From: Candidatus Nanopusillus sp.
Lineage (GTDB): Archaea > Nanobdellota > Nanobdellia > Nanobdellales > Nanobdellaceae
DNA length: 10,862 nt
NCBI GenBank assembly: GCA_036845085.1
Contig: DAIUEN010000020.1
Location: 1 to 10,862, forward strand
Direction: 5' to 3'
Shown here: positions 1 to 7,124 of the stretch, in pieces
Position numbering within the stretch: position 1 is the first letter of the stretch
Layout: the number at the start of each line of letters is the position of its first letter
The notes under the pieces: model-generated
What the model was told of the DNA's origin: nothing
The model's input: only the letters and a program-made list of their open reading frames with translations
The model's database searches: none
Translations under genes and position numbers: made by a program

Positions 1-1130
1 ATATAACAGAAGTTTTTCATAGTACTCAATCAAACCTAATAAAAAATTCTCTGAAAGAAAATAAAAGAATATATGGAATAAAACTAGAAGGTCTAAAAGG
101 ATTAATAGGATACGAATTAATACCAAGCAGAAGAATAGGAACTGAATTAGCAGATGTTGCAAAAAGATTTGGACTAAAGGGCATAATACACTCAGACGAA
201 CTACCAGGATATGGTATATCTCATGAAGAAGTAGAAAGTATTAGAAAATTATTAAATTGTAGTGAAAATGACGCTTTTATAATGATAATATCAAAAGACT
301 TTAATGAAGCTAAGAAAGTTTTTAACTTTATAATTAATAGATTAAATCAATTTATAAATGACGGTATACCTAAAGATACAAGACAGGCTAATGAAGATGG
401 AACTACCTCATTTTTAAGACCACAACCGGGAGCTGAAAGGATGTATCCAGAAACAGACCATCCTTACATAGAAATAAATAGAAAAGTAGAAGATAAAAAT
501 GAATATCAAAAAATTACATATTATATAAAATATGGAGATAAATCCCTTTCTTATGATATATACAAACTGAAAAGATTTGATAAAGAATTATATATGAAAT
601 TTTTAAGTGAAGGTAAAACAATATTAAATGACTTAGATCCTAATTTCAACATAGAACTTCTTAAAAGCTTTGGATACAATGAAAAACAGATAAATGATAT
701 ATTATGGTCGGAATATATATATGATATTAAAAAACTCTCAACAATAATAGAACCAAATATAGTATATTATTTATTTTTTCAGTTATTGAGCGATACTTCA
801 AATATATTTAAAGAGAAAATAGAACAACTAGATATAAATTTTATATATAAAATTGCAGAATTTTTAAAAGATAGAAAAATATCAAAAAACGCCATTCCTA
901 TTATATACTATTATTATTTAAAAGAAAAAAAAGATATAGAAACAATAATAAAAGAAAAAGATTTATACCTAAGAGATATTAATAAGTTAAAAGAAGAGAT
1001 ATCTAAATTTATAGAAGAAAATAAAGAAAAAGATAAAAAATTACTAGTACAGTTAATATTTAACAAATTTAAATATATTGCTAATACTAAAGATATTGAA
1101 AAAGTAATGAAGGAACTAAAAATAATTTAA
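1..1130 (+). CDS. gatE: Glu-tRNA(Gln) amidotransferase subunit E (GatE), 5'-truncated by the window edge
   Basis: The frame is open from the window edge (codons phased from nt 3) to TAA at 1128-1130. The translation ITEVFHSTQSN...IGTELADVAKRFGLKGIIHSDELPGYGISHEEVESIRKLLNCSENDAFIMI...RPQPGAERMYPETDHPYIEI matches the conserved GatE core as I recall it. A helical, YqeY/GatB-like tail of about 210 aa follows (…LLVQLIFNKFKYIANTKDIEKVMKEL). The ATG at 282 in the ORF track is an internal Met, not the start. Confidence 0.85.
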   Translation, partial: ITEVFHSTQSNLIKNSLKENKRIYGIKLEGLKGLIGYELIPSRRIGTELADVAKRFGLKGIIHSDELPGYGISHEEVESIRKLLNCSENDAFIMIISKDFNEAKKVFNFIINRLNQFINDGIPKDTRQANEDGTTSFLRPQPGAERMYPETDHPYIEINRKVEDKNEYQKITYYIKYGDKSLSYDIYKLKRFDKELYMKFLSEGKTILNDLDPNFNIELLKSFGYNEKQINDILWSEYIYDIKKLSTIIEPNIVYYLFFQLLSDTSNIFKEKIEQLDINFIYKIAEFLKDRKISKNAIPIIYYYYLKEKKDIETIIKEKDLYLRDINKLKEEISKFIEENKEKDKKLLVQLIFNKFKYIANTKDIEKVMKELKII

Positions 1131-1156
1131 AAGGTTTAGTTATAATTATTATACAT

Positions 1157-1558
1157 ATGATTGAAAATTGTATATTCTGCAAAATAATAAGAAAAGAAAT
1201 TCCAGCATATATATTATATGAAGACGATTATTCTATTGCCTTTTTAGATATAAATCCACTAACAAAAGGCCATACTTTATTTATACCAAAAGAACATGTA
1301 GAAAGATTATCAGATATGGATTTAGAATTTTCTAGAAAATTTTACGAAAGTTTTCAGAAATTTTTGAAATTATTTGAAAAATCTATAGCACAGGATTACA
1401 ATATAATAGTAAATAACGGAAAAACAGCTGGACAAGAGATATTTCATGCTCATATACATATAGTTCCTAGATATGGTAAAGAAACTATATTTAGTTGGAA
1501 AGCTAATAAACTAGATAAAAAAGAAGCTGAAGAAATATTATCTAAATTTAAAACTTAA
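1157..1558 (+). CDS. HIT (histidine triad) family nucleotide hydrolase/transferase
   Basis: Histidine triad HAHIHIVPR near the C-terminus, N-terminal CIFCKIIRKEIPA motif and FLDINPLTKGHTLFIPKEHV. At 133 aa it has typical HINT size. ATG start, TAA stop. Confidence 0.9.
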   Translation: MIENCIFCKIIRKEIPAYILYEDDYSIAFLDINPLTKGHTLFIPKEHVERLSDMDLEFSRKFYESFQKFLKLFEKSIAQDYNIIVNNGKTAGQEIFHAHIHIVPRYGKETIFSWKANKLDKKEAEEILSKFKT

Positions 1559-2259
1559 ATTTTTATATCCTCATTTTGTATTTCTTCTAATCCGCTACTT
1601 GTTATCCTAAACTTAACAGATAAATTTTCTGGCAAATATCTATGCTTTCTTAATATAGCTTCCCTTATTCCATTTTCATGTATTTTTAACTCAATAAGAC
1701 ATTTCGACCAATATTTTATAAGATCTCCCCCTACTACTTCTATTTTTCCTCTTTCATCAATTAACGAATATACTTGATTTGTCACTAAAACTGGTATATC
1801 ATACTTTCTAGCTATTTCAGACAAAACTTGTAGCTGTTTTGCTAATTCAATATTAACTTCTCTTGCTTCATTGTCCCCACGTTCTAATCTGTACAACATA
1901 GAAATAGAATCAATTATTACAATTCCTATGTTAGAATAATTATCATCAACTAACTCTTTTATCTTAAATATATACTTCTTTTGCTCTAGAAAAGTAAGTG
2001 GTTTAAAGAGTATTATATTTTTTAGCACATTTTCAAAATTATTCCCAGATAACTGTTTCACTCTCTCAAAAGAAAATCCACCTTCGGTATCTAAAAAAAT
2101 AACATTTCTTCCAATTTTTGATATATTAACTGCAGTAATAATTGCTATATTTGTTTTTCCAGAAGCAGAAGGTCCATATATTGAAGTGATAATATCACTT
2201 TCTAACCCTCCATCCAGCAATTTATCTATTGGATAAGCTCCAGTAGAGATTTTACTCAT
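1555..2259 (-). CDS. radB: RadB, RadA/Rad51-family recombination ATPase paralogue
   Basis: Walker A GPSASGKTNIAI, DTEGGFSFERVKQL, Walker B IVIIDSISMLYR, QLQVLSEIARKYDIPVLVTNQV and C-terminal RKHRYLPE…FRITSSGLEEI. The length (~234 aa) and absence of an N-terminal HhH domain fit RadB rather than RadA. The first Met in the track (2271) is a TTG codon; the ATG at 2259 (MSKISTGAYPID…) matches the usual RadB N-terminus. Confidence 0.85.
   Translation of the reverse strand: MSKISTGAYPIDKLLDGGLESDIITSIYGPSASGKTNIAIITAVNISKIGRNVIFLDTEGGFSFERVKQLSGNNFENVLKNIILFKPLTFLEQKKYIFKIKELVDDNYSNIGIVIIDSISMLYRLERGDNEAREVNIELAKQLQVLSEIARKYDIPVLVTNQVYSLIDERGKIEVVGGDLIKYWSKCLIELKIHENGIREAILRKHRYLPENLSVKFRITSSGLEEIQNEDIKI
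1560..1564 (+). terminator. oligo-T (T5) tract 2 nt after the HIT stop, inside the radB 3' end
   Basis: The + strand reads TAA-A-TTTTT. No intergenic DNA exists here because the two convergent stop codons overlap. Confidence 0.25.
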
Positions 2260-3535
2260 TTTTAACTTCAAAAACCCTATTATTTATCTCTATATTAAGG
2301 TAATTAGCCCTTTCTTCAATAGACTTTTTATAAGAATTCAATATATAACTTATACAATCTTCTAGATTAATAATCTTTCTAGGCGATATAGAATAAACTC
2401 TCCCATTTTTAATTATTATTTCTTCATTTATATGTTTACTTAAAAATTCTTCAAGATTTTCACTCCAAACGTAAGGACCTTTCTTTAAAAAATATTTAGG
2501 CAACTTATCAGGATAAACTAAAATATATCCATATAACTTATTTTCACTAAAGTACATATACCTATTAAATATATAAAATCCACAGAAATTAAGCCATCTT
2601 GTTATATCATTAAACAATCGTAGAGCTTTTGAATTTTTAATATCTCTATTATTAGACTTCCCTTCAATTATTAATTTTATCAAAGATACTTCATAAATCT
2701 TTGACTTATTTTTAATATCTTCTTCATCTATCTTAATTTTATTCAAAAAATATTTTTCTTTATTATTGTCTTTCAAAAAGAGTTTAGAGTAATATATAAA
2801 CTCAGAAAATTTTTCTATAGAAACTGAAGCTGATACATTCCTATATTTATTAGTAGGATCTACTATTATTATAGGAGACTTTATTTTATCCTTAGACATT
2901 ACTTTCTTAATTTCTTCAAAATTATTATAATATTTTTCTATGTCAATAATTACTTTTGGTTTCCAATAAGATATATTTTTTATTGCATTGTAAAAACTCC
3001 CATAATATATCACAATTAATTCTAATGCATATCCAGAAAATCCTCTTATATAAGATTCTGCTCCATAAACTCCTATATTCTTAGCAAAAATTTTCATTAA
3101 CCTTATTTCGTCATTTATTCCGGGCTTTTCTTTTATCTTCTCTAGTATATATTTTACGTGAAAAATAGATAGATCTGTACTATTCTTAGCTTCAGAAGGA
3201 TCTTTAATCTTTAATACAGGAACAACTTCAAATTCTAAACCTTTATAGAAAACCTTAAAATAATCTCTAGACCCTTTTATTCTTTCATAGTTTAAATTGT
3301 ACTTTTTTAAAACTTTTTCAATTTCATCAGACATATTTTTTTCGTTTTCAAATAACAAAAACAAATCTACATCAAAGTCTGTTCTTAGCCAAGTATCTTT
3401 TGCAAAAGATCCACCTAAAAAAGGCTCTAATCCTTCAAATCCTAAAATTTTTATAAATTCATTTATTATAGAATAAATTCTATTTCTTTCTTCTTCTGTG
3501 GGTTTTATAAGGTTGAGAATATTATTAAATTCCAT
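2252..3535 (-). CDS. cca: archaeal class-I CCA-adding enzyme (tRNA nucleotidyltransferase)
   Basis: Nucleotidyltransferase head motif LGGSFAKDTWLRTDFDVDLFLLF (G-S … DxD), RGFSGYALELIVIYYGSF in the neck region, 427 aa. The ATG lies 1 nt after the aRF1 stop, and the 3' end overlaps radB. Confidence 0.85.
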   Translation of the reverse strand: MEFNNILNLIKPTEEERNRIYSIINEFIKILGFEGLEPFLGGSFAKDTWLRTDFDVDLFLLFENEKNMSDEIEKVLKKYNLNYERIKGSRDYFKVFYKGLEFEVVPVLKIKDPSEAKNSTDLSIFHVKYILEKIKEKPGINDEIRLMKIFAKNIGVYGAESYIRGFSGYALELIVIYYGSFYNAIKNISYWKPKVIIDIEKYYNNFEEIKKVMSKDKIKSPIIIVDPTNKYRNVSASVSIEKFSEFIYYSKLFLKDNNKEKYFLNKIKIDEEDIKNKSKIYEVSLIKLIIEGKSNNRDIKNSKALRLFNDITRWLNFCGFYIFNRYMYFSENKLYGYILVYPDKLPKYFLKKGPYVWSENLEEFLSKHINEEIIIKNGRVYSISPRKIINLEDCISYILNSYKKSIEERANYLNIEINNRVFEVKNE

Positions 3536-3536
3536 T

Positions 3537-4622
3537 TTAAAATACTCTAAATCTCAATATAGCACCAATTTTAAAATTTGAGAACTGTTCCCCTTCCGGA
3601 TGATTTTTTGATATTACTTCTATATTGGCATTAGTATTTTTTATATCATCTAAAAAATCCTTTAATTTATCTTTGTAATCTTCAGATATTAACAAAGTAT
3701 CTACAGCACCCATTTTTAAAGCTTTTACTACATCTTCCTCTCCATATACAGCTAAACCAGTATTTTTTGCTAAATGTTCAAAAAAAAGCTTAACTAACTC
3801 CACTTCTCTAATATACTCTGTTTCTTTCAAAACATCTTTAGCCTTTTCAACTAATTCCCTTAAGCCATGTTCATTAGAATATGCCGTATCAAATATTCCT
3901 ATAATTTTCTGTCTATAATGATATGGTAAATAATCTTCTTTAGCAAATCTTTCTTTTAACATACCGGGTCCTCCAATAATTATTCCAACAACTCTATCAA
4001 ATTCTTTATCAAAATATTTTCTAAACATATCAGCTAAATATTTTAGCCATAAATGTACATCTTGTTCTATTAATCTTTGAAATCTTAATGCCGACTGTCC
4101 ACCGGCTCTCATTTTTCCAGGTACCCAAGATTCTTTATTTTCTAATACAATAAGATTATTTCCTCTTAATACACCAATTGTAGCTTCACCTCTATCTAAT
4201 ACTATTAGTGCATATTCTTTTTTTGGTATTAGTAATTGCTTCAAAGGGTCCAAAACAAATTTTGAATCACATCTGTATAATCGTACATTTAAAGGCTCTG
4301 GCGGTTCAATAGCCCATAATCTTATATCAGTTTCTCCTTGTTGTTTAGATATATTACCGCAAAATACCACTAATCCATTTTCTGGTAACTGTTTTAAACC
4401 TTTAAGATAATTTATTACTTTAGCAAGAGCATCAAGGACATGCTGACGTGTATTTTTGTCTTTTATATTTTGTGCCGTAGAATATTCATAACTAAGATGT
4501 TCCAAAATTTTTGCTAGGTCATATCCAGCCGGAATATAATAAGATATTAATTCAGTACCTCTTCCTTCATATTTTTCTAGTTCTTCGATTTGTATTTGTA
4601 ATTCTAAAGATTTAGCATCCAT
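3537..4622 (-). CDS. prf1: peptide chain release factor aRF1
   Basis: GGQ motif (KMRAGGQSALRFQRL), YxCxxxF motif (YRCDSKF), RGTELISYYIP, NIK(S->D) motif at residues 52-55, and C-terminal EGEQ…GAILRF. 361 aa. Confidence 0.95.
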   Translation of the reverse strand: MDAKSLELQIQIEELEKYEGRGTELISYYIPAGYDLAKILEHLSYEYSTAQNIKDKNTRQHVLDALAKVINYLKGLKQLPENGLVVFCGNISKQQGETDIRLWAIEPPEPLNVRLYRCDSKFVLDPLKQLLIPKKEYALIVLDRGEATIGVLRGNNLIVLENKESWVPGKMRAGGQSALRFQRLIEQDVHLWLKYLADMFRKYFDKEFDRVVGIIIGGPGMLKERFAKEDYLPYHYRQKIIGIFDTAYSNEHGLRELVEKAKDVLKETEYIREVELVKLFFEHLAKNTGLAVYGEEDVVKALKMGAVDTLLISEDYKDKLKDFLDDIKNTNANIEVISKNHPEGEQFSNFKIGAILRFRVF

Positions 4623-4635
4623 TTAATATTAGATT

Positions 4636-4642
4636 AAAAAAA
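4636..4642 (-). terminator. oligo-T (T7) tract downstream of rio1
   Basis: A7 on the + strand is T7 on the coding strand, 15 nt after the rio1 stop. Archaeal RNA polymerase terminates at oligo-T runs. Confidence 0.3.
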
Positions 4643-4645
4643 TAT

Positions 4646-4653
4646 TTATTAAA
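4646..4653 (-). promoter_or_regulatory. TATA-like box (TTTAATAA) for the aRF1-cca-radB transcript
   Basis: Centred about 27-28 nt upstream of the aRF1 ATG at 4622, directly abutting the rio1 TAG stop. Confidence 0.3.
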
Positions 4654-4656
4654 TAT

Positions 4657-5337
4657 CTATGATTCTATCTCTCGTCTTATTTCTTCTTCATTAATGCTTA
4701 TTTTAAATTTTCTAGCCATTGAAAGCATATTATTTATATCTCTATCCAAAAACTCTTTAGCACTAAGTGAATTAGTAGGTATTGCTTGAGAGACATCTAT
4801 TATGTAAGGCACATCTTTATATATAAGTATATTATATTCTGATAAATCTCCATGAACCAATTTAGCTCTTTGATATATTTTTTTATATTCTTCTAAGATT
4901 TTATAGAATATCTCTTTATTATCAAAACCATAATCATGTAATAAAGGTGCTGGATTTTCGTCACCAATAAACTTCATTACTAGAATGTTCCCTTTATATG
5001 TATATGGAATAGGTACTTTTACTAAATTTTTATACATTCTCCTTAAATTGATATATTCCTTTTTTACCCATGTATAAATAATGCCTATAACTGTTTTTGG
5101 AAAAGATCTAAATCTAGGATCTTTTTTTATGTAATTTATTTGATCTTTATAGCTTCTGTTCATAACTTTATATATTTTAATTGCATATTTTCCAGATCTA
5201 AATACAATAGCTTCTTTCCCTTCAGATATAACAGATAAATCACTTATGTATCCATCTTGTTCTAATTCATATAGTATATTTAAAGTACTATTATCAAACA
5301 CCTTCATATATGTTTTCCATATTTCCCGATACTTCAT
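4657..5337 (-). CDS. rio1: RIO-type serine protein kinase (Rio1-like, no N-terminal wHTH)
   Basis: Flexible-loop/P-loop ISEGKEAIVF (cf. STGKEA), AIKIYK lysine, catalytic loop LVHGDLSEYNILI and metal-binding loop IIDVSQAI. 226 aa. The ATG overlaps the upstream TGA (ATGA); the stop is TAG. Confidence 0.9.
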   Translation of the reverse strand: MKYREIWKTYMKVFDNSTLNILYELEQDGYISDLSVISEGKEAIVFRSGKYAIKIYKVMNRSYKDQINYIKKDPRFRSFPKTVIGIIYTWVKKEYINLRRMYKNLVKVPIPYTYKGNILVMKFIGDENPAPLLHDYGFDNKEIFYKILEEYKKIYQRAKLVHGDLSEYNILIYKDVPYIIDVSQAIPTNSLSAKEFLDRDINNMLSMARKFKISINEEEIRREIES

Positions 5338-6098
5338 TGTAATATTATTAAGAAAATATTTCTTAAAGATGGAAGAAACATAAGATAAAACAAAGCAATA
5401 TATGAAACCTTCTTTAAATCATTTTCTATATTAATATATTTAAGATATAATAGAAGAGTGAGAACAGTAATTGATTTTATAATGAAAAATAATTCCGGTT
5501 TTTTAATGTTAAAAATAAAGTAATTAAATACCACATGCTCTGAAGGCAATCCTATAAAGTAAACTATGTAGATAGAACTAAACAAATCAAGAAATAAACT
5601 CAAGATTACTAAAGCAGAGAGATTTTCCTTATACGAATAATAAAGAATTAGAGAAATAATTATTAAAAAAATGATGAAAAATATTATATTTATACTATAA
5701 AAAATGAACAAAGATAGGACCTCTATAAGAAATATGGACATTAATAAATAAATATAATACTTTAAATATTTCGTATTATTCCTGAATAAAATGCTTAATA
5801 ATAACAAAAGTAGTATCCATACCTCTAACAGTGGAGTATATAATAAATAAGATCTTTGCAAATATAAAAAGTCCATTAGTATTCTTGGTATAATAAATAC
5901 TAAAGATAGAAGAATCAATATTATAATAGTATACTTGTTTATTTCTAATTTTTTTGTTTTTACCAAATATTTATAAATTAGATAAATTATTAATAAATAC
6001 AACAAAGAATAAAATATTGTGTTATAAAGATTATACTGATATCTGTAATTTACTAATGGATCTATAAAGTATAAATAAAAAAATTCTTTTAAATTCAT
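5334..6098 (-). CDS. polytopic (~8 TM) integral membrane protein of unknown function, possibly DUF63-like
   Basis: Eight hydrophobic segments of 19-25 aa separated by short K/R/N loops. The N-terminus FYLYFIDPL…YQYNLYNTIFYSLLYLL and the later LDLFSSIYIVYFIGLPSEHVV resemble my recollection of the archaeal DUF63 family; that match is unverified. The first Met in the track is TTG at 6101. The ATG at 6098 overlaps the upstream TGA by 1 nt (TGATG). Confidence 0.6.
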   Translation of the reverse strand: MNLKEFFYLYFIDPLVNYRYQYNLYNTIFYSLLYLLIIYLIYKYLVKTKKLEINKYTIIILILLSLVFIIPRILMDFLYLQRSYLLYTPLLEVWILLLLLLSILFRNNTKYLKYYIYLLMSIFLIEVLSLFIFYSINIIFFIIFLIIISLILYYSYKENLSALVILSLFLDLFSSIYIVYFIGLPSEHVVFNYFIFNIKKPELFFIIKSITVLTLLLYLKYINIENDLKKVSYIALFYLMFLPSLRNIFLIILQ

Positions 6099-6448
6099 CA
6101 AAATCTTCTATATTGCAGTAATTGAACTATAGCATTTAGCAAAGTAATTATATTATCTAGTTTATTTGATATTATATCTAATTTTAAACTAATAACATTT
6201 ATGTCGCTTTGTTCTCTAGTTTGATTCATTTGGGGCAGAAATGCCATAGGATTAATATAAGAAGGTTCTGGAGTTTGTGGAAATTGGTTTTGTTGAATAT
6301 AGTTATTATACATAAAAGGCTGTGATGTTTGATTATTGTATATTGGTGGTGCTTCTGGCTGTGGTTGAGTTGGTAAAATATCAGCTTCTGATATATCTAG
6401 ATCATCTTTTCCTCTATTAAGTATTCTCTTAATAAAATCAAATGCCAT
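6098..6448 (-). CDS. hypothetical 116-aa protein: amphipathic N-terminus, P/Q/N-rich spacer, heptad C-terminal helix
   Basis: ATG start with a TTTATATA box about 27 nt upstream. The TGA stop is coupled to the next gene. The composition is strongly non-background (11 Pro, 11 Gln, and no Lys/Arg across residues 15-77). I recognise no family. Confidence 0.6.
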   Translation of the reverse strand: MAFDFIKRILNRGKDDLDISEADILPTQPQPEAPPIYNNQTSQPFMYNNYIQQNQFPQTPEPSYINPMAFLPQMNQTREQSDINVISLKLDIISNKLDNIITLLNAIVQLLQYRRF

Positions 6449-6470
6449 AATATTATAAAAAATTTAATTA

Positions 6471-6478
6471 TATATAAA
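6471..6478 (-). promoter_or_regulatory. TATA box (TTTATATA) for the orf116-membrane-rio1 transcript
   Basis: A perfect TTTAWATA-type box on the minus strand is centred about 27 nt upstream of the ATG at 6448. TATA-like strings are common in this AT-rich DNA. Confidence 0.35.
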
Positions 6479-6496
6479 TGTTACTAAATATAAATT

Positions 6497-6501
6497 AAAA
6501 A
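6497..6501 (-). terminator. oligo-T (T5) tract immediately after the uS2 stop
   Basis: The coding strand reads TAA-A-TTTTT. The only longer spacer in the minus-strand gene train (54 nt) follows it. Confidence 0.25.
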
Positions 6502-6502
6502 T

Positions 6503-7117
6503 TTATTCTTCTTCTTCTAAAGAAGCCTCGATAAATTCTTCATAAGATACTGATAACTCTGCTTTCTTAGGAATTAGACCTTTAGATCTTAAATATTCTC
6601 TAGCCAATAGATAATAAATTAAAGCTAACGATTTTGCACCCCTATTATTAGCAGGTATCGCAAAATCAATATATTTCAAAGAATTATTAGTATCTACCAA
6701 CGCTATTGTGAGTTTTCCAACTCTATATGCATCGTATAAAGCATTTATATCCAGTATGGGATCTGTAACAAATACTACCTTAACATCCCTAAAGTTATCT
6801 AAAGATATGTTAGTCAATAATCCTGGTGGATATCTCTTTGGATATGTCAATATATTTGTAAACTTACTAAACATCAATAATGGTTTCCTAGCAGTTTCTC
6901 TTCTTCCAACAACCAATATTTCATTTGGTTCATATTTAGACAATAATTTTGCAGCTAACCTTAATCTTTCATCTGTTTTTACTATATCTATTATAGCCAA
7001 TCCGTCTGGCCTTATCTTGGCAATAAATTTTCTAGTATCTTTATTTTTTATTCTTGTACCTATATGAACTCCACATTTTATATATTCTTCGAGATCTATT
7101 AACCAAGTCTCGGCCAT
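6503..7117 (-). CDS. rps2: 30S ribosomal protein uS2
   Basis: MAETWLIDLEEYIKCGVHIGTRIKNKDTRKFIAKIRPDGLAIIDIVKTDERLRLAAKLL matches the archaeal S2 N-terminus in both sequence and spacing, and the tail is acidic (EEEE). The reading frame stays open upstream to an ATG at 7177, but that start would overlap uL2 by 53 nt. The start at 7117 lies 7 nt after the uL2 stop. Confidence 0.9.
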   Translation of the reverse strand: MAETWLIDLEEYIKCGVHIGTRIKNKDTRKFIAKIRPDGLAIIDIVKTDERLRLAAKLLSKYEPNEILVVGRRETARKPLLMFSKFTNILTYPKRYPPGLLTNISLDNFRDVKVVFVTDPILDINALYDAYRVGKLTIALVDTNNSLKYIDFAIPANNRGAKSLALIYYLLAREYLRSKGLIPKKAELSVSYEEFIEASLEEEE

Positions 7118-7124
7118 TTTAACA

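Noticed and set aside
282-1130. The ORF-track start at 282 might indicate a split or truncated gatE (split genes are known in Nanoarchaeota)
   Set aside because: The same frame is open without a stop back to nt 3 and encodes conserved GatE sequence. The gene simply continues past the left edge, and Met-282 is internal.
1131-1156. Searched intergenic DNA for tRNA genes, split-tRNA halves, CRISPR repeats and other structured RNAs
   Set aside because: The only non-coding gaps are 26, 34, 54 and 62 nt (1131-1156, 4623-4656, 6449-6502, 8958-9019). All are almost pure A/T, with no G+C-rich stems or repeated units, and are too short for RNA genes.
1128-1160. A functional link between gatE and the HIT gene (26-nt spacer), such as aminoacyl-adenylate proofreading
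   Set aside because: The adjacency alone in a maximally compacted genome is weak evidence, and I know of no conserved gatE-HIT pairing. I note it but do not promote it to a finding.
2260-2271. Longer N-termini given by the ORF track for radB (2271) and the membrane protein (6101)
   Set aside because: Both first codons are TTG. An ATG follows 4 codons (radB) or 1 codon (membrane protein) downstream and gives N-termini and stop/start coupling that fit better. The TTG starts cannot be strictly excluded.
6708-7067. 119-aa + strand ORF antisense to uS2
   Set aside because: It lies entirely within a strongly conserved r-protein gene on the other strand. The translation is low-complexity (L/S/N/F-rich) with no recognisable motif and no promoter spacing. 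I treat it as a shadow ORF.
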